This document shows positions 41,233 to 52,518 of a stretch of 64,000 nucleotides of DNA, piece after piece. Source of the stretch: Marsupella aquatica (taxonomy: Eukaryota > Plantae > Marchantiophyta); contig OZ316895.1 in assembly GCA_973895155.1 (NCBI GenBank), forward strand, positions 3,397,659-3,461,658, in the 5' to 3' direction. A program made the position numbers and the translations under genes. The stretch's first letter is position 1. Every line of letters begins with the position of its first letter. Below the pieces are notes generated by a model. The model saw only the letters and a list, made by a program, of their open reading frames with translations. It was not told where the DNA came from and made no database searches.

Positions 41233-42145
41233 GCAGGTGCGCATTGGAGTTCTTCACTATCAGTGAGTCGATCAGTCTCGTCTTTCTTCCTGATTGTCTC
41301 GCTCTCCCTCCGTGATCGACGCGAGCTCTCTCTCAGCTTCTCGAGAAAAACACGCAACTGCTGCCATCGTTCTCCGAGCTCGCTCTCAGCTTCTGGAGAA
41401 AAACACGCAACTGCTGCCATCGTTCTCCGAGTTGTTGGTCGGAGGAGTGGAAAGAGCAGGGGAGGGAGAGGACGAATTCGTGATCGGTTTGATTCCATCG
41501 ACCTGTTTCTGTTGTGAATCTGTTGGGATTGATATTTTCAGCTTTTCAGCGATTGACATCAGCTGTTGCGCTCAGCCAGTCGCGCTGTTGGAAGGAGCCG
41601 GAAGGGAAAAAAAACCACGCAATCCTTCGCCTGGTGTGTCGACTACCCTAGACGAGTAGACGCGTGCATCAGCTGCTACTGTAGCTTGTTGAATCGTGCT
41701 ACGGATAACAACCTGTTCTTTTGAATCGGTCGAGGATTTGAATAGCGGGTAGCAGGGCAGTAGCAGGAGCGAGCAGGCTGGCACGCAGGAAGGAAATCGG
41801 TTGAGATTTATATGCAACGAAGGAGCAGTGTCCTACAGTAGTTCGAGAGAAAAGCGGTTGGATTGTGGAGGGGCAGCAGCGTCCTCCTCCTCGTGCGGAA
41901 CACATTTTGGGAACGCCCATTGAGGAACAAAGCTGTTCTTCGCCACAGGAGCTGCAGAATCCGTGCTTCTGAAACTGCGGAAGGTTGGAGGATAGGCTCA
42001 CGATCCGGTTCGGCTTAAGTAGACTTTCTGAAGCTTCCGGCTGTTCTGCTCATTGTATTTGGTTCAGGGACAGGAGGGGAGTGAGTGAAGAATTGCATTA
42101 GAGCGAGTCCTCGAGCAGGTTGATCGAGAACGAAGGAGGAACATC

Positions 42146-42559
42146 ATGGGGCAAAGAGCTTCCGTTCTGTCTTGTGTGAGGCCGGCCTGTGTGACCAAAG
42201 AATCCGATACGGTCCGCATCCAGAAGCCGTCCGGGGACTTTGAGGAAGTGGCGTCGCCTTGCGTTGCGTCGAAGGTCATGGGAAAGCATCCGGAGTACTT
42301 GGTGGTCCATTGCTCAAGAGCGAAGTGCGGCGCTGTCGACATCACTGTCATCTCTCCTAACCAGGACCTCCTGCCCGGAATTCCATACATGCTCTACCCG
42401 AAGGTCGAGTCCAACGAATTATCAGATGTCAGTAACATTCCGGCCTCCATCTGCATGTCGATGAAAGATCGGCAATTGACGTTCCGCAGCTCTGCGTCTC
42501 CAAATTCTCGGTCGACGAAATGCTTGCCGACTAACGAGGGAGAGAAGTCCGCCGTATAG
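42146..42559 (+). CDS. PADRE/DUF4228-domain protein, probably N-myristoylated
   Basis: MGQRASVLSC (MG plus Cys), VRIQKPSGDFEEV..PCVASKVMGKHPEYLVVHC, ISPNQDLLPGIPYMLYP match the DUF4228 pattern VKVIxxDGxVEExxxPxxAxEVMxxxPxHxV...LxPDxxLxxGxxYFLLP. Confidence 0.8.
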   Translation: MGQRASVLSCVRPACVTKESDTVRIQKPSGDFEEVASPCVASKVMGKHPEYLVVHCSRAKCGAVDITVISPNQDLLPGIPYMLYPKVESNELSDVSNIPASICMSMKDRQLTFRSSASPNSRSTKCLPTNEGEKSAV

Positions 42560-44179
42560 TGTACACGACTACTCCGCATTTTATGTGCTCGTCGATGCTG
42601 CGCATGTGGAGCGGCTTGTTGGCTTCCACTTGCAAATAAGTTGAGAGCTCAGCGGATTCCGTTTTTGTACCTATCCACGAGCCGAGTACCGGTCCTGTCT
42701 TAGTTCGGAACAGCTTGTAACTTCCTTACGCATCATTCAGTAACCTGCTGCGATCTATTCCGTTGGCCTTTCGACTCAAAAGGCCCGAGAAACCGTCCTT
42801 CGCTGGCCAAAGGAGTGGTGGGAGCTCGAAATGGAAGTCACCATACCAATTGACTTGGCCTTATCCACCATCATTGCTATGAGTATAGGATAAAAGTGAT
42901 GTAAAGGAGTTGCGGTCGTGTGGTCTGACAAGGGGTAAATTAAACCCACACATGGTCTAAACAGAGGAAGCTTGAGAATTTGGTACAAGCTTTCGGTAGT
43001 ACTTACAAATGGTGGGACATTTGTCGATCATTGTACGTACTACCGATTCCTTTTCTTTCAAGTTTTGTTCTAAGTTTTGCCCTCCTCATCTATGCTGACG
43101 CTACTATAATTGAATATAGCGGACGCACAGTTTGTAATTGAAGCTCGTGTGAAGCGATTCCACTCGTCGCTCTGCGTTTTAATGCAAATTATATATAATC
43201 GAAGGATCGAGCCTCTGGTATCATATGTGAACATGCTTGCTCTGTTTTCATGCTTAGTCATGAGGATCAATGAGTCCTCCTGGCATGCTTTGCTTAAATT
43301 TTCCCGAATTATTGAGAGTAGGTCTAGTGCGTTGTGGTTGATGATACCCCAGCGCATTTTGCCAAGTCAGTCGACTCATCGTGTGTGTGTGAATGCTCGA
43401 TGACAACTCTCTGTCTTGTTCCGTTGGTGCATCAATTCGGAATTTATAATCAATCGGCGACAGGCGTATACGGTAGTATACTTGGAGTTCTCATTTTGAA
43501 TTTCTCCCTTCTCCCAATTCTGTTTTCGGAACTGTTATCCATATTGAGTCGGTGTACTTCCGGTTCGTCGACATGGTGCAGAGTCGAGATAATATACCAC
43601 AGTTGGGGTGGTGACACTGCTGTCGTCTCGTTTGTTCATTTTTCAAATGACAAGCTGCTTCCAGGAAACAAAGTCGCAGAATTTGATTCCCTGCGTAAGG
43701 TTTGTTGCTTTATTTAGAATTGATGTCGCCGATCTCAACTCTGCATGGCAAGTTTTGGCGTTACTCCAGACCCGCTCAAGAGAAAGACCCCTAGAACACA
43801 TTAGCGCTGTTTGACTGGACTTCAGCGGCACCAAGAATTAAATGCACCCTCAGATGACCGAGTCCTAGGGTTCCGTCAAATAGAGTGTGATGAGTAAATG
43901 TCCTCCCAACAAAATTTACAGCTTCTTGGTTGTTGTTGTTTTTTGTTAATTAAGAGCATTCACATGTGCATACCCGAGGGTACCGACTTTGACCTGGGGG
44001 CCGAAAATGCATGCCAATGACTGTTTTCCTATTTCTCCAACCTTCTTGGATACCTCTTCACTGTTTGGAGGCGATGCAGTGTTTGATCCAGCCTGCCATA
44101 ACTTTACAGAGATTTTCTCACTTCTGAGAAATGCTTTTTGAATGGCGTAGTACTTCGGATGGTAGCTTGCACTGGAAGA

Positions 44180-44764
44180 TCTGGCTACTCCGATCGCAAA
44201 CACTTGGTAAGATTGTGAGCTAAGAAAGAAGGCTTCCAGCTCGCTACTGGGAGAGGTATTCCATCCTAATATATGAACTGTTTGAGCAATGTGCAGTTTA
44301 CTTGATAGAGTGATTCATCGATCAGTATTGGACAGTTTTGCAGGTTCCTTTGGTGTGATTTCTCAGCCATTCTCTCCATGGACGAGATCCTTCGAATATC
44401 GTGCGCAGGTTGAAGATGTTCCATGTGACTTAGACGGGTTCTCCACACAATTTGTCCCGCATTGGAGCATTCACACGGAATGGTAACATGGAGCATTGTT
44501 GCCTTTCCTCCACTTCAATTTTCGGAGGAGTTGCCAGAAGAGGACAAATTGCTTTGGTGCATTTCCACCTGGTTTGGTTTTTGCCAGACGATATGGTGTA
44601 CCTTGGTCAAAGAACTCCTCTGATTCTAGATATCGTTTGCGTTTACCACATGATACTGTGTATCTTGGTCAAGAATCCACTCGATATCCTTCAATCTCTT
44701 GAACGCTCTCAGCGTTCTTGCTGACGATCGTCACGAATTCGTGCCCTGAGATTCCGACATATAT
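44180..44764 (+). pseudogene. Decayed 5' part of the NO VEIN/sacsin-related gene
   Basis: Fragments in changing frames, with stops: FHPNI/NCLSNVQF, TWSIVAFP, WFLPDDMV, NLLNALSVL...*DSDIYMFLPV. These resemble recalled family motifs IHPEVLLFLSKIK, EWVITLAFP, AFLPTEMV, AFVNAF..MFKFLP; alignment is weak and by eye. Confidence 0.4.
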
Positions 44765-47700
44765 ATGTTCTTGCCTGTCAACGCCGTGGAAAATGCTTAC
44801 AGATATTCTTCCGCTGCTTCGGTGGAGAATCGAAGGGTTCGACAGAAACTCCACGTTCAACCACAGCAGGCGTCAAATATTCAGCAACTGGAGAAGATCC
44901 GAGCCGAGATCTTGCGGAAAGTGCGAAAAAACGGCAATATATTTTTGAGCAGCCCGGGCATTGAGAACAGTTTGAAGCTTTCTTACAAATACGGCTTGCC
45001 TACAGAATCCTGCTTTCTCCTTAAGCCAAGCTTTCGCAGTATTCTAAAAAGTGCTGCAGAATGTAATCATCCGGCGCCTTCTGCTGTCTTAGACCGCGAG
45101 GTAAACCTTTCAGATGACGATGCGAGTTCAGACGGCCTTAGGAGTTCCAAGAGTAAGTTCGGAATAGTTGACGAATACGTGCAACTCAAGTACGCATCTA
45201 GCCTGACAGCTCTTGGGGTTTCTGAGATGGGACTGGCTCAGTATGAATCTTTTCTAAGGAACGCAGACTGGGTCATGAACCTTCCAGACAAGATATACGT
45301 CCAGCTGCTAAGATTCTTTGCGTCGGAGTGGAAGATTCTTGATAGTAGGTACGGGGACACATGTGATCTTTTGAAGATCAGAAGGTCCGAGAAAGGGGAG
45401 AGCCTGAAATTGACATCGTTGGCGCGTTTGGGCCAATCTGAACTGTTGTATACTTCTTCTGTAAACGATGCAGACTGGATCTATGCATGGGTGAAGGAGT
45501 TCAGTCCTTGGGAGTCTGTGGAGGTAATGCCAGCATTGACATCACAAGCTTTGATAGAGGCTAGCAATAGGGAAGAGTTGATGACGTGGATGAGAAAAAA
45601 GATCACTGTTACTGAATTGAGTGTTCGGACATATGCCCAGAGACTTATTGAGAAGCTGACGGGTCCTAATGTAAGATATGGAAACACGCAGCATTCCAAC
45701 TTCTCAGTTCTAGTCGTACAATTTCTTTACAGTGCACTTCATGACAGGAAGTTGTCTAGACAAGTCATCGTAGACAGTATGAAGATTCTACGCCAAGTGA
45801 TTGTTTTGGACAAGAGCTCCCGAGAAATGTCTTCAAGTTTGAGAATGAGACGGGACGGAGGGCTCCTTCTGCCGTCGGTAGTAAGTAAGTGGCCCACTCT
45901 TTTCACCTGTTGCTCTTACGGTTCGAAGAGTCTCATAACATTGTCTGATACGTATATGTATCCACAATGTTCTCTCGTAACAAATGTAGTGAACAAATCA
46001 CCTGGAGCAGATTCAATGCTGAGATTCATCAAGGACGCCTTCAAAGCTGTGGACCTTCCAATGGTCAAGCTTCCAGCTAGCGAGTCTGTAACATTCTGCA
46101 AGCCAGTGACGATGGAAAGATCATTATTGATGCTTGAGTGGCTGAAAACCTTTCTTCCAAACAGAAAAGCAACGAAGCGAGAGTACCACTCTGATGGTTT
46201 TCTTAAGAAAGTGAAAGAGTTTGCTTGGGTGAAAACATACCACCACGGATGGCAGCTTCCAACGTCTGTATTTTTCTCGACTGAGTACTTTCAAAATAGA
46301 TTTATTGCTCATGATCTACCGTTTCTTGATGTGCCTGCCTATGCGGACCTAGATCTCACTGATGAAGCAGCTGAGTCAGTCTTTGAAGAGCTGAGTGTGG
46401 TGACCGATATCAGTACAAGAGACGGATGTGCTAATGTTCTTAAGTATTTTTCCGACTGTTCCGCAAAGAAACTAGATTTGGAGTGTGTGAGCAGATTTTA
46501 TAAATTTCTACATGAAGTTGATCTGCAAGACCAGTTCTGCACTGTGAAAATATGGATTCCAGCTGGTGCCAAGAGCGAGGAACCCGTGTGGAAAGATTCT
46601 GCTGAGTGCATAATAAGCGACGAGCTTGGCATCTGTGCAGATAGCAGTTATGTCACGGTGTTAGACACAATTTATGGCGTCAGCGTGATACCGGTTTTTT
46701 CTAAACTACAGGTTCCAGAGAAGGCTCCAGGAATTCTACACTGCAAAATTTGGTGTGAATGGAGTCGCGTCTCTCCCTCGAAGGTGAAGGAAGAAGACGG
46801 CCTCACACAGAACTCTTTGCTTACTAGTCATGTCGAAGCGCTCAAAGCGCAGCATGTCTTGAAGAACATACTCGACAGTTGGCAAGATACCGGATTGGAT
46901 CGCAGCAGCACTGATCCTTCTGACGAGGATTTCCCCAGCATGGGTACCTTCAAAGACGCCAAAGAGGACGACGAAGTTTGGAAGTCGTTCTATTCTCGAG
47001 CATGGGTCCCAGTGGCCCCAGTGATCAACGAACTGGTGAGCGAAGCCAACGAGACGCCAAGCCAGGTGATCACGAGGGAGGTGTCTAAGTCGTTCTCGGC
47101 AGAACTGAGCAGCGACGCCATCGAGACGATCTCCATCGTGCCGCCAAGTCAGGTTCTTATCGCTGATGATTTGGAGTTGTCTCAGTCATTCTCTGCAGTT
47201 GCAAATGGGAAGCTCAACTTCGTTTGGTTGCTACCGGGTTTGTCATCTGAAGAGTCTGAAAAACTCGTCAAAATGTACTCCACGATGGGAGTAAGGAAAC
47301 TCTCGGAATTAGTCACACTACATGTACGTGTTCCTCCGGACGTCTGGATGAAAAAGGTTTCTCGAGGGAAGAGGCTGATCTGCGAAGGGCTTTTCCGAGC
47401 TATTCTAGCTTACCTATGTAAGCATTCAGAAAAGCATAATCTCTCACTAGAAGACAGGCAGCAGATCCTGTCTCCCCTAATTTCAGCAACTCAAGTCGAG
47501 GTTGGTGAACCATTGGAGAAGAACTTAAGTTTGGCTGTGGGAACGTCGACTTTCCTCGCAACTGTTGACCGGGAGAACGCCTTTGCGCACTATGACATTG
47601 TTAAACGAAAATTGTTTTGCCTCAAGAAGGATCATGCGCTCTTGAAAGCGTTCGCTAGCAAGAAAATGCTCTATTCTCAAATAGTGACGACCTTGTCCAG

Positions 47701-47881
47701 CGGCATTCTCGCGGAGCACCCACGGCTTGTGAAAGGCTTGGAACTGTTTCTTCTGCCTCTCTGTAAATCTGGTTTTTCAAAGAAGATTGTGGAAACTAAA
47801 TTGCAGAGACTGAAGATCGTGATCGGGCCAGAGGATGAGAAGCTACTAATGGAGAGTATTGCAACCAATACTAGAGACTAG
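44765..47881 (+). CDS. Intronless 1038-aa ORF related to the central/C-terminal part of plant NO VEIN/sacsin-like (At3g48770-type) GHKL-ATPase proteins; no ATPase domain in the ORF
   Basis: 3.1-kb uninterrupted ORF; KYASSLTALGV..YESFL....VMNLPDKIYVQLLRFFASEW, LLLPSVVSKWPTL, ITLSDTY, SLLMLEWL, FLKKVKEFAWVKT, LPFLDVPAY, FYKFL..KIWIP, VLIADDLEL, MYSTMGVRKLSELV resemble recalled motifs of that family. Confidence 0.65.
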   Translation: MFLPVNAVENAYRYSSAASVENRRVRQKLHVQPQQASNIQQLEKIRAEILRKVRKNGNIFLSSPGIENSLKLSYKYGLPTESCFLLKPSFRSILKSAAECNHPAPSAVLDREVNLSDDDASSDGLRSSKSKFGIVDEYVQLKYASSLTALGVSEMGLAQYESFLRNADWVMNLPDKIYVQLLRFFASEWKILDSRYGDTCDLLKIRRSEKGESLKLTSLARLGQSELLYTSSVNDADWIYAWVKEFSPWESVEVMPALTSQALIEASNREELMTWMRKKITVTELSVRTYAQRLIEKLTGPNVRYGNTQHSNFSVLVVQFLYSALHDRKLSRQVIVDSMKILRQVIVLDKSSREMSSSLRMRRDGGLLLPSVVSKWPTLFTCCSYGSKSLITLSDTYMYPQCSLVTNVVNKSPGADSMLRFIKDAFKAVDLPMVKLPASESVTFCKPVTMERSLLMLEWLKTFLPNRKATKREYHSDGFLKKVKEFAWVKTYHHGWQLPTSVFFSTEYFQNRFIAHDLPFLDVPAYADLDLTDEAAESVFEELSVVTDISTRDGCANVLKYFSDCSAKKLDLECVSRFYKFLHEVDLQDQFCTVKIWIPAGAKSEEPVWKDSAECIISDELGICADSSYVTVLDTIYGVSVIPVFSKLQVPEKAPGILHCKIWCEWSRVSPSKVKEEDGLTQNSLLTSHVEALKAQHVLKNILDSWQDTGLDRSSTDPSDEDFPSMGTFKDAKEDDEVWKSFYSRAWVPVAPVINELVSEANETPSQVITREVSKSFSAELSSDAIETISIVPPSQVLIADDLELSQSFSAVANGKLNFVWLLPGLSSEESEKLVKMYSTMGVRKLSELVTLHVRVPPDVWMKKVSRGKRLICEGLFRAILAYLCKHSEKHNLSLEDRQQILSPLISATQVEVGEPLEKNLSLAVGTSTFLATVDRENAFAHYDIVKRKLFCLKKDHALLKAFASKKMLYSQIVTTLSSGILAEHPRLVKGLELFLLPLCKSGFSKKIVETKLQRLKIVIGPEDEKLLMESIATNTRD

Positions 47882-50800
47882 TTTTGTTACGGAAATTGCT
47901 GCAGTAGCTGTGCTATACGGTGATTAACGTTGTAGAGAGTTTACAGTACAGTTTGAACTTTTCAGAGAGATGTAACATCTTCTATGAGCCGCGATCAAGT
48001 CAAAATCGCCGTCCGTCCAGACAGCTGTAAAATCATATTTGTTCATCCCCTTGCATTTGATCTTCAAACCTATCTCACGGATTTGCTGGTTTTAGTTGTA
48101 CATGCTTGATGATTAGTTTATTGTTAACAAATTTAGTGATGCGTTTTGAGTTGGAATGTGAGGGTATGGATTTTTCGGCATCTCTGCATTTTAGGGAAGA
48201 ATATTTGAAGTCTTTTTCCAAACGCTTCTGCATTCTGCATTAACGCTTCAGAACAGTGAAGTGGCAGGAACAGTGTAGCCAAAAAAGCCGTCGAGAATTA
48301 AGTGCAAATTTGGAAGGTGGAGGGTCATCATTTTCAGAGTATCTTCTCAAGAATGGTTGGAAGGGTTTTGACAAAATGTACATTACTAGCAACTCTCGGC
48401 TTTGACACCCTATCGTGGTCCTGGGGTGCACTTGCACGTAGACATGAGGTGAAGGGTGTTTCCTAAAAAGGCTGGTTTTGCACTGGACTAACTTGTGCGA
48501 TGGTAGAAGTACAATTGCACAGGTATGGCCGACCGGATAAATCGCCTCTCGAGTATTTCTCAATGCTAATAAGCAATAGCCACCATGTCCTAGTAGCCAT
48601 GTAAGACCGCAAGGGGCGGTTCTAATTTGCGTGGACAATGGTACCCGTCAGCATTTCGCGGTGCCAATGAAGATCAAGTCGAATTGTGTAGAATTCGTAC
48701 TTGAGGTGTCAACTAGATTAGATTTGCAGCTGACAACGTGCACACTTACAGTTCACACTCTAAATGCTACTCGTTTGCTGACTTGTTCAGACACCGATTT
48801 CGTCGCTGACTACCAGGAAACAACTTACTACTGTAGGGTATTCTCCATGGATTCTGTACCGGTGGCAACAGAGACCAGGATGATATTTGCTTCAGTCCTG
48901 ACATTGAAGATTCACATAATCTTTGGATGCACGCAATTCCCAGTATTGTGATGACTGCATATGGAAAGGTTATATGGCTATGTCTACATGTGAAAACTTT
49001 TGCAGGTGAAGGTACGTGAACATGATGATGAATAAGCGAAAGTATTTCAATTTTCAGATGGGATGTACACAAGAAATCAATTGATGTCTGCTTTGATCTC
49101 AGAGCTCCAATGTTGTCTGTGTACACTTGCCGAACTCTTTCAACATCTATTCACTACAAATTTCCCGATTCCGAGGATGATACAATAGAATTTGATGGCC
49201 AATATACATATCCAGGGACACATCTATTATCAGATTTAGCTCGCACAACTTCCATGTTCATAACACCTGTCAAGGATCGATTGTGAACGGTGCGAATGAC
49301 GCACTCCAAAAGCTGCAGTATGGTGCCCTTAGCCACTTTCTCGCTCTTGAATTACTCGTTGAGTGTCCGTGAGCATCGCCTCCTGAACAAACAGTCCGTC
49401 CCATAATATTACAAGAATATACTTCACCTGCGCGCAACAGAATGATGTCGAGCACCTGCAACAATATACTCAAATTCTTGTCTCCCTTGATCATAGAACA
49501 AATCGCATTATGCGAGAGAGGACTTGCCAGCAGCCCCATATCGTCACACCTCCGCAGCCGGGCCCCCGTATTTCAAAGAGAAGAAACAAGTTCGACCGAT
49601 TAGTATGGTTATAGCCTCGTAGCCTCCATTCCTTCCAGGTCCCCCAGTGATGGATGAATGTGGGGCTCCCGTCATACTGTAGCTCAGTCCAACATTCTCT
49701 CAACTTAGAATCCTCACAGTACTTCTTACTTCGATTAAAACCTTCTTCAGAGAGGACCCTGATTGTGTCATATGGAATCCTTCGTCGTACCTCCTTCCCG
49801 CCCTTGTCAGACACACTTTTTGATCCTGATGGAACTCCCTTCCTTCACCTTCTTCAGACACCCCCAAACTTCTGTCAACTGCGAGATATTGGTTCACGGA
49901 GAGAATTAATTGAGAGCAGCAACAAACTCATCCACTTACAATTCCGAACCCACACCACGAATCCAAACAGCGTCGACAGCTTTTGAACAACGTTGTAACC
50001 GAGGGCTCTTTGTTATGGAGCATGTTAGTTGTAGATTTTTCCAAATTGTCACCATTCCCAAGTTTAACCCGTTTTTTCATGTTTTAGCAGTCATGTTTGT
50101 TTGTCACTGCAAACATTCTCTTTTGTGTTTGCAACAAAAAGTATGATGTGGTCTAACAAGAAACCAAGACTTGTCATGGGCGTACACAACTAATAATAAA
50201 GACCAACTTTTTGTGTGTTACAAAAATTTGCCCAATTCCACCTTACTGAAAAGTCTTGGCCAGGGTTCTTGTCTTCAATTAGCCAATTTTCCTCTTAGCC
50301 ATACACCCCTCTAGTCAGAATTTGACAGTTATCGTTGCAATTATCCTTAAATCTCCAAATGCTGCAGGCCTGGTTGTGGGTCAAAAGTCTGTGGTTCCCC
50401 AAAATGCTACTGGCACTAACTCAGGCCATCAGTGCTCTGGCATATGCACCAAAATAGGTCTATCCGAATGGGTCCGTACCTCTTCAAAACAAATGAATCA
50501 ATTCGAAAACTTGATGATGTTGAGTAAACCCATGGGTGAGTGTTGTGACCCCTTTTTCAAACCAAAAACCTCAGGTACAGTTTGCCGTAAAGTTGTGTTT
50601 AGGTTAGGGTAACAAAAGGAAATCCCTCATTATTACAGAGAAAACGAGAAACAGCAGATTTGACTCGCCTGAATAAAATGGGAAGAAAACAAGGAAAAGT
50701 CCAAACCTTTCACTAGTGCAACGGTTGTTACCCCAAAATCATTGTTCATGATTGTACAAACGGAACCTCCACCGTAGCATCCAGAGTGCGCTCGAGTAAC

Positions 50801-51097
50801 TTATCAAAAACATGGCTGGACTGTGGGAAGAGCATGAGTGAAATTTTGCAAGTTTCACGTGCTCCCACCTTGAACTCTAGTCATTTAATTCTTCTCCTTT
50901 ACGTCGTGGCTTTCTGTCCAAATGATTGCCTGACCATTCTATGCCAAGGATTCTACTTTTTCTTGTTTGTTTCTTTCCAGAATTCACTAAAGTTTCTCAG
51001 GTAATTTACTTATTTATGTTTCATTCCAAACACTCACTCACGTATTTCCCTAACTAAAGTAAGGTCATCGTTAAGAGACTTGTGAGCCTTAATTTCC

Positions 51098-51168
51098 TGT
51101 CAAATTGACCAAAGCTCTCATTTTTGGAGCATTGTCAAATTGACCAAAGCTCTCATTTTTGGAGCATT
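51098..51168. repeat. Short perfect tandem duplication
   Basis: tgtcaaattgaccaaagctctcatttttggagcat x2. Confidence 0.9.
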
Positions 51169-52518
51169 ATATCACACAATCCCCTTTAGTCAAGAGCGAT
51201 TTTGAATGGATTTGATAGACCCTGAGGCCAAATGGACCGTTTGTAAATGTCGTTTTGAACTCAAAATCTAACCTTTTCGTTGCCCATATCGCACCCGTAA
51301 AGGCTTTAATACACTTAATGGCCTCTGTCACCGTTTTTTTTTGTTCCTATCTTTACTAAAAGTAGCCCAGAAGCTTCATAATTGGGAGATCCAAATCTGG
51401 ATGGTGCATTGTTCTTCATTCAGCGATGCAAAATACAAAGAGAATATTCACAAAGGGCATTTAGTAGAAATTCGCCCGAGGCAACAAGCCACTCAGCTGG
51501 GAGGGAGAATAGATGAGACTGTTCATTGTCCATCCAGCAGTGCTGCCAACCCAAGAATCTGGTTATGATTTTGATATAGGTCCAGAAGGGACATGCATGG
51601 CAATTCCATGAATCCTTCTTAGTTCACTTCTCAAGCTAGAGAAGACGACTGGCGTTTCTGAATTTCTCACCACCCAGCATCCAACAAATCCACAGCGAAC
51701 TTTGTTGATTTACAAGACATGCAGTGCTGTCAATAATCAGACAGCCCTTAGTTATGTAAGTTTGGGGGAAGGCTTTGACCATGATCCAACGCTGGGTTAT
51801 TGTAAGCTAAAGTTTTACACAATGGCGCGCTAGATTTCTCTGATCCACGGATCGACCGGTTACACTATTCTTGAAAATTAGTGGGACTTGCGCTCTGAGT
51901 ACTAGTTATCAATTCGATCCCATATCTCGACTGGTAGTCCGATCCGTAAACTGTTCTTCAATCCATGATCATCGTTGTTTTCAAGGATTCTCTTCGATCA
52001 GGACTCCAATGCTTTCCACGCAGCATTGATTCAGCCTTGTGGAGCATCAGGATTCAGTGCAGTATGACTCGGTTATTTTAGTGCATAAACTTGTTCAATA
52101 GAGGTCGGAAAGGACTGGCTGCGTATATGTGATTTCAGCACTGATTTTTAATCTGACTTATCTCATGCAGCTAGTCTCTAGTAGACATAGCTGACTGTCT
52201 TTTCCTATGCATCCATTTCGGTGATCATTGAGAAGCTCTTACCAGCAATTCTTTAATTTATTGAAGTCCTTGTCCATGCCATATCAACTTTGTTGCTAAT
52301 ACTTCTTCAAACTAATTCTGGGTAGCCCCAACTGATATGCACCAATTGCTTGGCCAGTCTGAATCTCTCTAATTGCCAGCCCAGTGATCACACGCACCAA
52401 CGTGGGCACAACTAATCTATGAGAACCTTAGAAACTCTACCCAAGAACTGACTTCTTTCGCCAATGTAGCGGTCGATGTAGGCTCTATCAAATCTTCTGA
52501 ACTTCTATCGCACCTTCT

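Noticed and set aside
41106-42001. Several overlapping 80-130-aa ORFs
   Set aside because: Explained by the GC-rich 5' leader of the PADRE gene and its 53-bp duplication.
49154-49990. Possible decayed transposase or helicase on the minus strand (LLFEIRGPGCGGVTIWGC)
   Set aside because: Only vague resemblance to Tc1 or Helitron motifs, with no second supporting motif in any frame.
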